A stretch of DNA of 64,000 bases. Origin: Candidatus Lindowbacteria bacterium RIFCSPLOWO2_12_FULL_62_27 (GTDB lineage: Bacteria > Lindowbacteria > 2-12-FULL-62-27). A program made the translations under genes and the position numbers. Location of the stretch: the NCBI GenBank assembly GCA_001784175.1, contig MFPR01000012.1, positions 1 to 64,000 of the forward strand, written 5' to 3'. The notes under the pieces are model-generated. The model was not told where the DNA came from. It was given only the letters and a program-made list of their open reading frames with translations, and made no database searches. Positions 10,301 through 19,500 of this stretch are shown piece by piece (within the stretch, counting starts at the first letter, position 1; every line of letters starts with the position of its first letter).

Positions 10301-10311
10301 CTACCACCCAT
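4045..10311 (-). CDS. Giant secreted M6-family (immune inhibitor A-like) metalloprotease with three [beta-helix + Fn3] modules and C-terminal X-module-dockerin
   Basis: Signal peptide ...CPAQA; HEMGHVLGLADIY zincin; WSLMASG, PWHRELLGW, EYFLIEYR and GLLIWHID M6 motifs; 3x W(Y/F)VNDT...PF...A..GD....D.G.Y plus NosD-like Asn-rich repeats; C-terminal GDANGSGDIGPGDW...DSNNSGDVGPGDW. Start 10311 (alternative 10290). Confidence 0.88.
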   Translation of the reverse strand: MGGRPINMPGSGCAPIPLLLAACFALFTLHFSLCPAQAAPYHPKIIAEMRARGETVPVLCPDRVGHLWSKISKRTLSAPAGGGGRMAPNRTPAPTGNLKVAAFIVQFQADNDAVTSGSGQFAPDLLGDTNSVGDTIRIILSRADNYYRMVSYNQLQMSSTVFDTLMVTASETMGYYATGMRQADLIREVCERVDTWVNFGYYDFVAVFYAGMSKQVSGLGGDLSASMFDGLNDSYTDRQTQDTVTLAIMMPGTAGPGPFGPYDRVAPMGTFCHEMGHVLGLADIYNTVTQSAGVSDWSLMASGNYIGRPEGDSPAMIDPWHRELLGWLGAVVVSADTAVDLSRSETDSKVCKIYANAGNETEYFLIEYRAPSSPYGIDSAPGSGLLIWHIDNSMGTLAMNNINNVSSAVPHRRVDLVEADSSDVDVTAATAANPWPGTGNKTRFDATSSPNSQPYTGNPARVEIDNITLVGGRALFTAFIRDTRAQTWYVNDTWVNGATDSFTYASGSDTTGVGSPSAPFRTIIRALNKAKSGDTLHVDAGMYDSYVKVSSTENAGIKIDTNNLTIIGKDSAATVIDPPGANTDANLYGIYADTQVGLRIQNLGVTGAYDGIKFVNVDQSTLTGVSASSNGGHGIHLLNGSDTCTLSHNTAGSNSLDGIHLTASSKNAVSHNTARSNTMTGIYLSSSDTNVITQNEVTFNDTGVGIFAASRNNIITKNNIIGNNAYHVWNAGGLIQTLTRNWFGSTDSVTIKARVGDTASAWQPFRLGTVDTTAGADTTAPKAPDTVAIVGQGASDTSIILEWSNVTTLEEANGGNVTLAGYRVYRSTVKDTSWWMQVGQVGSGAIRYQDTAVLQWQPYYYRVTAFDAASPFANESFYSDSQPSDAAQNSSQKTWFVNDTAASADSFTYAGGTDTAYGDGSRSKPFRSVARVMQSAKSGDVIYIDAGLYADTYVTVSSTETAAFKIDTDGITIIGKDSNATVIDPPGANTQSGLYGIYADTQVNLLVKNIGVTGAYDGIHFDNVDLSTILGDSASSCGGIGIHLLDGSDTNAVTNNTAHSNFWGVILNRSSNNTVSNNIAHSNSVGVMVESNSNNNTVTNNAAGSNAQAGVYISSSDSTAVVQNDIQSNDTGVWIAGSSGANVIRRNNITGNAVNNVYNQGGLTQTITRNWFGSIDSVTIKAKFADTASAFSPYRTGGVDTASGADIVAPEAPDTVAILGRPSDTLVVLEWSAVTANEDGNAGGAGLSGYRVYRSKVKDTSSWVQVAQVGSGVIRHQDTNVSLLTDNYFYRVTAIDGALPFVNESFYSDSQPSYDSAAAQPVVNWYVNDTTTSGDSFTYAAGSDLMGDGTIQRPFLSPSKAMSVATAGDTIWLDSGVYTTRVASTASESAVINITADSISLIGKDSSSTILNPPGLYSDFNQYGIYADNRVNLLIRNLAVYNAYRGVKFINVDRSTLKAATVSGCQYGILLSSGSDTNSISASVFTYMGQSGIALSGSSGNTIDNNYFSNNTYGASLTASSGNTISNNTLNVQSGEAVGLASGSDTNTIGSNTITSGGTAISLGTVSGNTVTANTISGATSGLQLSIAKGNWILGNAVTSSYNYAVDIYNGADSNIFRNNLLASTTNYYGVNIGYGSYNVFVQNTIRDNRDYQVYVAYSSVSNTFEKNNIKPSSTYPDRAVYNAPTSSPGPFTFDRNYWYTTDSLTIRNRIFQNVNADSVLYTPWRLAEVDTTAGADTTAPRAPDTVAVVGNDTSVILEWAAVSTNEETTGGAVGVGLYRIYRSAVADTSSWNKVGQVSAATGIRRFQDTGAGPGTDYYYCVTAVDTAPYENESFYSYSVRQWQLTSYRLIPPDTVAAGVSFALRIVARGQFGETYMVAVNPVILSIDSGAVTPSASASFVSGVSQCTVSITVGGYRLLTLTDSGGRTASVYLNSPAMWAGSGGTQFSISFSVPGSRDSSGISVSLKNASDSATALSQDTTGATGIMSLGNGLDGDYRIEIKAPGALTRRVSVTIANGVINGGAGITIPSLVKGDANGSGDIGPGDWSVVVDNWGSTDPTADSNNSGDVGPGDWSVIVDNWGQTEDGW
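10212..10246. repeat. Five imperfect 7-bp tandem units (AAAGTGA AAAGTGC AAAGTGA AAAGCGC AAAGCAA) in the protease signal peptide
   Basis: Read directly; encodes the ACFALFTLHFSL stretch on the minus strand. Confidence 0.7.
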
Positions 10312-10580
10312 CATCCGTTTGCCCCCAATTATCGACGATGACCGACCAATCGCCGGGACCGACATCGCCGCTGTTGTTGGAATCCGCATCCGGAGAGGTG
10401 GCCCCCCAATTGTCGACGACCACCGACCAATCGCCCGGGCCGATGTCGCCGCTGCCGTTCGCGTCGCCTTTGATTAAAGGCGGGATGGTTATACCGGCGC
10501 CGCCATTAATGACGCCATTGAGCACGGTAAAGCTGACTCTCCGCGTAAGCGATCCGGACGCTTTAAGTTCTATTTTGTAT
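10301..10580 (-). repeat. X-module/dockerin-coding direct repeat, copy 1
   Basis: Homologous to 4045-4325 at DNA and protein level. Confidence 0.85.
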
Positions 10581-13500
10581 TCACCATCGGGAATTGATTC
10601 TAAATCGATTCCCCCATTCGTATCGGTCGTTCCGCTGGCGGTGGCAAGACTTGAGTCATAACTGGGCCTTATATAAACACGAATTCCGGAGAAGTTATTG
10701 TTTCCAGTAGTTGCGAATGCGATGGTGTCTATACCGTTCCCCGTTCTTGAATTGATTGAAGGTGTAAATTGGAACCGTTCTCGAAACAGGATTCCCGGAT
10801 GATCATCCTCAAATTTGATCAGGCCCACACCCGGCGCGTAATAGACGGTATCCGCATGATACCAATCCGTGCCGGTTTCAGACATGACCAGACAATTGGT
10901 AAAAGTAAGACCACTCGGCAGCGTCACGGTGGCGGTCTTCGAAAGTATTTTTGTTTTTTCCACCGCGCCGTGCCGCCGCGTCCGCGTGTATGTGGTTCCG
11001 ACAACTGGGGTGGCGGGTATCATGATAAAGCCGGTACTGTTCAGCGACTCGGCGGCCGTATAGAAATCGTGCCCGCCGTCGTCCCAGACCTCCAGCGTTC
11101 GGATATTTCCTTCATTGTCCTGCGCGACGGAGTAATGCTCATAGTACGGTGAATCAGACGGGGAATTTTCGACGCTGACGTACCGGAAATCGGTCACCCC
11201 GTCAATTTGCAGAGACTGCAACTGCGAGATCGTGAGCGTGACGGTCTCGCCCCCTACCAGGCCGCTGAGTGTCCAGCCCGATGCGCCCAGCCCATCCGGG
11301 CCGAGATAAGGGTTCACTCGATCTGCGTTCAGAGCGTTGTTCGTCACATAATACCTGCTGGATCCTCCGATGATGTTTCCCTGCGCGCTAAGAATGGTGG
11401 GCGTATTGTTTTTCAAAAAAATCAGTCGGCGGTTCGTTCCGTCATAGCCCGACACGGCCAGATCCAGATCGGCGTCATTGTCATAATTTCCCCAGCGCGC
11501 GGCGCCGCCATTTATACCAGCATTCGTCCCCAGCGGCTCGGCGATTTTGCTCAACACGCCATTGCCCTCGTTCCGATAGACGATCAGCCGATTGTTAAGA
11601 CCGTCTGTTGTTCCCGCGATGACAAGGTCGAGTTTACCGTCATTGTCGTAATCGCCCCAGTTCACGGACGACCAGAACACGCCCGCATTCGCGCCCATCG
11701 GATCGAGGGCCTTGGCAAAACTGTCATTGCCGATATTTTTGAAGACGACCAGATATTCATCTGCGCCGCTCGCTCCGGATACAACCAGATCCAGGTCGCC
11801 GTCATTGTCGTAATCTCCCCAGTCCAGCGATCCGTCATAGAAACCGCTATTGGCGCCCATCGGTTCGACACTCTTGATAAAACTGTCGCCGCCGATGTTT
11901 TTAAACACGATAAAGCGGGGGGCGTCAGGCGAGCCGTCGGCCGTGCCGGCGGCGGCGAAATCCAAGTCACCGTCCCGATCGTAGTCGCCCCATTGTACCG
12001 CGCAGTTCGACAACCCGGCGGTTGCGCCTAGAGGCTGAACGATGATTGAAAAATTGTTGCCGCCATTGTTGCGGATCACCATCAGTCTCGTGTTCGTCCC
12101 GTCAAACCCGCAGGCCGCAAGGTCCAAATCTCCATCTCCGTCATAATCCCCCCATTGGATGGAACTGTATGTGAGACCCGTATTCGAGCCCATCGGCTGG
12201 GAGGCGGCCGTAAACCCGCTGTTGCCGGCGTTTTGATAGATGATCAATCGTTTGTTCGTTCCGTCATCGCCGATGACCGCCAGATCCAGGTCGGCGTCAC
12301 CGTCATAATCCCCCCAATCGACAGATCCGTATTTCACTCCTTTGTAGTTGCCCATGGGTTCAGATGCGACGGTGAAAATGCCGCCGTCATTTCTGTACAC
12401 GATCAACCTGTAGTTCCCTACCGTATTGAGTCCGGCAATGACAATGTCCTGATCGCCGTCGTTGTCGTAGTCTCCCCAATCGATCGAACTCCAGAGTACC
12501 GGCACGTCCAAAGGCTCCTGGCCCGCGGTGAAGGTCGGGGTGTCCGTGCCGATCACAAATGGGCCGACATGGAAAACCCCCGGCGAAACAAGGCCGACCC
12601 TGTCGACCGTTCTAACATGGACATACCAATTGCCTTTTGATGAAATCATGTAGCTGGAAGTTGGCGTATCCACATCCTTTATAAGGTCAGGTGTATCACT
12701 CTGATTTTTCGACCACAAAACCGAATAGCCGGCCACGCCGGCGCCGCTGTCCGACGCCCCGCTCCAATTGACGGTGATGGTTCCGAGAGAACTCGGAGCG
12801 TTTGGCGGTGGTGTCGCGGAAATCACGGACGAGGGCGCCTGTGGGGCGATTTTGTCGATGCCGAACTCGGACGTATAATGCCATGATGTGGCAAATCCGT
12901 CGGAATCCCCCGCGCGGACTCGGACCCTATATCCAAACCCGTGGGATAAATTTCTGGCGTCGAATTTTAAAGACCATCCGTTGGTATCGGAAGAATAATC
13001 GCGCGCCGGAGCGACGGTGTCTTCGGATGAGGGCATGGCGGAATAACTGTCGGCGAGATTTTCGAGCTCAAATTCAATGTAGCTGATTGCGCCGGAAATG
13101 GTGTCAGGGGGAACAACTTGAACTGTAAACACATTATTGATTGCCCGATACCATGCATTGGTCGTCGGACCTCGAATGGAATAAGCCGAAACGGGATCCG
13201 AGTCGGTCGAAAATTGCCACACATCGCCGCGTGTGAGACCGTACGCGTTTCTGGCGTCAATACGCCAGTAATAGGTTTTACCCATCGCCAACTGCGGCTG
13301 GTAACTTGTAACGCTTCTGCTCGCCCGGCTATCGCTCGCCTGATGGATAGGCGAGGTTCCGAAATAAACGTCATAGCTCGTCGCGCCGCCGCCGTCCGCC
13401 CACGACAAAAATGCGTTCAGTGACTGGTTGGTCGCCCCGTTCGACGGAAACGGGCTTGCCGCCTTGATGGGAGGACTGTTCACCGGCCTCGGATAAATCC

Positions 13501-16500
13501 GCAGAGCCTGCTGGTTGGAAATCGTGCTGATGGGGAAGGAACTGGATCCCACCGTACCCGTTTCGTTCTCGATTCCCCATGTCGCGCTGTTGCCGTTGGC
13601 GTAAATGCCGGTCATGTTCTTGTACTGAAATACGATCTCGTTGAGGGTTTCATACAAAATCATCTGGAATGTGTGCGACCCTTCGTTCGGGGAATGCGGG
13701 ACTGCCTCCCATTGGACGATGAACTGCCGCGTGGGATAGCTTCCCGATGTTCTATAATATATGTTCCCTCCCGCCTCCGGGTTCAGATCGTCCCAGAACG
13801 GCGCAATCGTGTTGTTCGGCTGGGCGCCGCCCGGTATTGATTGGTTGACAGGGTATCCGCCGATGAGCGTCGTATCGAACGTCACAAACCCGTTGGATGA
13901 AATCATCAGCCGGCTGTAATTTTTTCCGAAATAGTTGAAATTAAAACCGATGTTTGTCGGCAGCAGTGTGTCGTTGGTCGTGTCTGAAAGACGATTGCCC
14001 GTGGCGGAAATGTCCAGCCAGTTATATGCAACAATCTCGGACTGGTATAATCCGCTTGAGATTGTCGCCGTGACGGCCGGCGGATCCTTTATGGTGATTG
14101 TCTGATTCGCGGCCACGCCGCGCCGTACCGCCACGTCGCCGTCTGGAAATGTGACACGAATGTCAACGGCCGCCGCAGTCCTTATCCCGACGACCAAGGG
14201 CGATGCGGCGTCGACAATACGCATCGCATAGTCCGCCCCCGGCACAAAATCGCCACCCCCGTTCAGGTCCACTTCCACCTTGGCCCCAATCGCCGTGCGG
14301 TCCGGCTGCGCGTCGGATTCTTCCGCGTTGCCATTTGAGTCTGTTACTATTTGAAATTTTACAAAGTTTTTCCCGGGAAGATTATTTTTAAAAACAATCA
14401 ATCGACGATTTGCTCCATCATACCCTGAAACAGTCAGATCCAAATCTCCATCTTCATCACGATCTACCCACGCAATTGATCCTTCATCCACACCCACATT
14501 TGGACCCATAGGCTCTGCCATATTCGTAAAACGTCCATCTCCACTATTTCGGTATATGATCAATCTCCTGTCAGTTCCACTTTGTAATCCAGCAACGGCC
14601 AAGTCCAAATAACCGTCTGCGTCATAATCACCCCAGGCGATCGACGATTTGTATACTCCGCTGTCAATGGCCATTGGTTCTATGGCTCTTGTAAAAGCTC
14701 CATCTCCGTCGTTGCGGAATATGATTATATTTTTTGTTCCTGCTCCAAGAGATGAACTGAGTCCTGTAATAGCAAGATCCGGATCTCCATCATTGTCATA
14801 ATCAGCCCATGAGAGTGACGAATAATTCACTCCTGCATTTGTACCCATTGGCTCTGCCACATTCGTAAAAATGCCGTTCCCATCGTTGCGAAAAATAATC
14901 AACCGTCTCGATGTTCCGCTCCAGCCAGACACGGCCAAATCCATATCCAAATCTCCATCGTAATCGGCCCAACCAATTGATGAATTACTTACACCAGCAT
15001 TCATGCCCATTGGTTCAGCCGCATTGGAAAAGGTACCACTTCCGTTATTCTGAAAAATGACCAGTCTTTTGTTGTTTGAAAAATCCACACCTGAAACTGC
15101 GATGTCTAAATCATTATCTCTGTCGTAGTCGGCCCATGCTATCGCGGGGTCGCTCAGTCCTGCATTAAAACCCATAGGTTCAGCAGCATTTATAAAACTG
15201 TCGTTACCAGCGTTTCTGAAAATAATGAATCTATTGAGACCGGCAACAGCTATATCTAATTTTCCATCGTTATCATAATCTCCCCACGCTATTGACGCAT
15301 AATATATACCGTAATTGGCACCCATGGGTTCTGGCCCAGATGAGAAGAACTCGCTGTCAGAATTATTCAGTATATAAAACCTCAGATAACCCCAATAATC
15401 TATGCCAGATACAGCTAAATCCACGTCAAAATCTGCATCATAATCACCCCACGCAATAGAAGACCGATATACGCCATCGCCAAAATCAGACCAAACAGGA
15501 TTTACAAAAATCCCCAGTGTAGTATCCATAACAATTATCGTCTGATTGACCGCGACGGCCTCTTGCATGATCACATCGCCGTCGGGGAAAGTCACTCTCA
15601 CATCGACAGATGTGGCGCTGCCCACTCCCAGGTGACCCGGTCCTTGATAGTAATCCCATCCGTCACCCGCGCCAATCAGCGCCTCAGCGTATCTCCCAAA
15701 CCCCGGCGCGAAATCGGCTGCGCCGTCCAAATCGACTTCCACTTTTGCCCCGATGGCAAGCCGGTCCGGCTGGGCATCCGATTCCGAGGCGTTGCCGTTG
15801 GTGTCTGTCAACGCGATAACCTTGATGTAATTTCTGCCGCCGGAACCGTTCTCGACGAGATTGTTTTTGTACAGGATGTCCTGACCGGGGCCGCCAAGAT
15901 ACAGGTCGAGGTCGCCGTCATTATCGTAGTCTGCGAATGCGGCAACTTCATCCCAGCCCGTCGTATAATCCGTCACGCCCGCACTTGTTGTGGCATTTGA
16001 AAATGTGCCGTTGCCGTTGTTCCGGTACAGGATTTGCTGATAATAATTGTTGATAATCACGTCCATGTCTCCGTCGTTGTCATAATCTCCAGCGGCTATT
16101 GTGCCGTTGCAATACGACGAGTCCGTCACTCCGGAGCTTGACGAAACATCCGTGAACGTGCCATTGCCGTTATTCTTATAAACACGCGGCGCCTGCGCCC
16201 AATTGGCTATAAACAGATCAAAGTCACCGTCATTGTCGTAGTCCAGCCACAAAGGAGCGTCGGCCGCGAAGACGCCGTTGATACCCGCGCTCGCGGCGAC
16301 TTCCGTGAATGTCCCATTGCCGTTGTTCCTATAAAGATAGGAGGGATTTCCCCACTCGTTCGCGACAAAAATGTCCAGGTCACCGTCGTTGTCATAATCC
16401 GCCCACGACACACCTTCACCATTGGCCGTCTCCGTCAATATCCCGGCACTCGATGTAGAATCCACAAAATCGCCTGCGCCGGTATTATTGTATAAACGGT

Positions 16501-19500
16501 CCTGACCGCCCGCCGAAGTTACGAACAAGTCGAGGTCTCCGTCCCTATCATAATCTAAAACTGCCACCGCCTCAGCATCTGCATCCACGTTGGTTATCGA
16601 TCCGGTTATTTTACTGAATGACGAACCGGTACCGTTGTTCTTGTATAGATAGGATTGGCCACTGGTGTTGGAGGCCAATAAATCCAGCCCGCCATTATTG
16701 TCGAAATCGCCCCATACAGGCGCGACCAATTCCGTCGCACTGCCTGTAATTCCGAGCGACCCGGCTACATTCGTGAATGTCTGGTTGCCGTTATTTTTGT
16801 AAAGAAAGGGATTGGCGCCGTCCACCAAAACAAAAATGTCAACATAACTGTCATTGTTATAGTCGCCCCAAGCCAGACCGTCTCCGCCGAGGCTTTCACT
16901 CAGACCCGCCGCCGCGTCTGCACGAGTGAATGTGGCATTGGCCTGAGTAGCTTGAGTCTGGGTATCAGAATAAATCCGCAATGCCAGATTGTTGTATATT
17001 CCGCTTACCGGAAACATGCTCCGGCCTGCCATCCCGTCTTGATTTTCCGTCCCCCACGTGGCGCTGTTTCCGTTGGCGTACTGGCCGGACATGGTGTTGT
17101 ATTGGAACAGGATTTCGCCGTTTTCCTGCAAGATCAATTGAAATGTATACGAACCCTCGCTCGGATAATGCGGCACACCATTCCATTGGACGATGAATTT
17201 TTGGTTGGGCGACGAACCGGTTGTCTTGTAGTAAATAGCCCCGCCAGAAGCCGGATTGAGATCGTCCCAAAACGGCGCAATAAAATTGTTCGGCTGGTTT
17301 GTATTCGGAATGGCCACATTATTGTATTCGGTCGCCGACGAGGAGCCAAAAACAACGTGGCCGTTGGATGAGATTTTAAGTTGCGAATAGCTTGTGCCGT
17401 AGAAACTGAAATTAAATCCTATATTGACCAGTTTTGATCCGTCATCCGTATTGCCCGCATCCGGTGACCACAATGTTCCGTCCGTGGCGGTGACCCAATT
17501 GTACGTCACAACGCTTGCCGACACCGTATCGCCCGCCGGCGCGACCGGCGTCGCCAGTCCCGATACGCCGTAGGCGTAATTTCTTGCCGCATCGAAACTG
17601 TATGCGGTGTAGTAATAGGTCGTGCCGTTTGTGCGCCCTGCATCCGTAAAGCTTGTTCCTGTGGAATTATAAATGACAGTGCCATTGCCAATCGCCGATC
17701 CGGCAGGATACGACTGCCCGGCCAAGGGAAATCCCGCTAGAGAGGAGACGGCCGACCTGACCATGACCACGCCGGCAAAATCGGCGCCCGGGTTTGTCCA
17801 AGTCAAACCAGCCTGCGCGTTGCCGACCGAGGCGCTGAAGTTCGTAACATCCGACGGTGGCGTCACGTCTGCGGCCGACACGGGCGTCGCATTGATGGTC
17901 GCGCCGCCTGAGTAATCGTTGGCCGAATTGTAACTACACACTTTGTAGTAGTACGTTGTTCCGTTACTCACGCCGGTCCGTGTATCCGCCGTTCCAGTCG
18001 ATTTATAGACGACCGTATCCCCACCAATGACGCTCCCGACCGAATAACTCGTGCCGTTTGAAGGAATCCCCGCCACTGGTTCGCCGACGCGATACAGAAT
18101 AATATTGCCGGAAAAATTGGCGCTCGGATTATTCCAGGTCAGGCTGACCTGACCATTGCCGGGCGACGCTGTCAGACCAAAAACATTGCTGGGAATAGAA
18201 CTGCTTGCAGTCGCCGGTACCGCGCTGACGGCGACGCCGCCGGCATAATTTCTAGAGGAATCGTGGCTGAAGACTTTGTAATAGTAGGTCGTGCCGTTAG
18301 TCAGATTTTGATTATCGGCGAGCGAAGAACTTGCGCCGGCATACACAACGATCGAGCTTCCGATCGTATTGCCCGCCAGGTAGGACGTTCTATTTATGGG
18401 AGCGTCATTGACGGAACTGGTACTGCGTAAAATCACAACCCCTGAAAAATCGGATCCGGGATTTGTCCAGTTCAGGCTCAGCGTGCCGTCCCCGCCGGAT
18501 GCAGCAAGACCGGTGACGTCGGCCGGCGGTGTTTGATCGAACGGCGTGGCCGACTGTGTAACTCCAGAAGAATAATTCCTGGTCGCATCGTAGCTGAACG
18601 CTTTATAATAGTAGGTTGTCCCATTCGTCAAACTCGTGTGAGTAGTAGATATACCACTGGAACTGTAAAGGACAGTCCCATCTCCGAGTGGATTTCCTGC
18701 GGTATAGGATGTTGTTTGTGTCGGCACACCAGTCGGATAACCCCCAGTGCGTTGCACAATCAACACGCCGGCAAAATCCGAAGCCGACGGATTCGACCAC
18801 GTTAAATTATTCTGCCCATCTCCGGGGGCGGCGGAAAATGCCGATATGTCTGCGGGCGCCGTGGCATCCACGCCGGCTGGCGTGGCGCTTGTCGAAACGC
18901 CTGTCGCATAATTTCTCGCTGAATCATAGCTGTAGATTCTGTAATAATAGGTGGTGCCGTTCGTTAAATATTGATCGGGAAAACTTGAGTTGCTCGTGCT
19001 GAGCGTAACCAAAATCACCTGTGCATTGCCGATGGTATTACCGTACCAGTATGTCTGATTTGGTGTAGGATTGGTATTCGGGGCGCTCCCCGTGCTGCGA
19101 AGAATCAGCACCCCCGCGAAATCGGATGCCGGTTCGGTCCAATATAGAGTAACTTGTTGATTGCCCGCCGAGGATGAAACCCCCGTCACAGATGCGGGAG
19201 CAGCTACATCCGGGGCGGTAGGCGTGGCACGCGTCCAAACGCTGCGTGTATAATTGCGCGCGGAGTCGTAACTAAAAGCCCGGTACACATATTCCACGCC
19301 AGTTGTGACATCGGCGTCGGTAATAGTCACGCTTCCGCTGGGGGATAAAGAGGCATTGTTATAAATAATTTTCCCTTCTCCGATAAATGAATTCGCAGTG
19401 TACGAACTTCCATTCGCCGGCTCGCTCAGCGTATTACTGCTGGACGAGAGAAATCGCAGAATCAACACACCCGTAAAATCCGAGGTGGCCGGGTTTGTCC

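Noticed and set aside
4045-10580. Dockerin repeat pair as a DGR template/variable region
   Set aside because: Both copies are coding, the differences appear mostly synonymous and there is no RT in the window.
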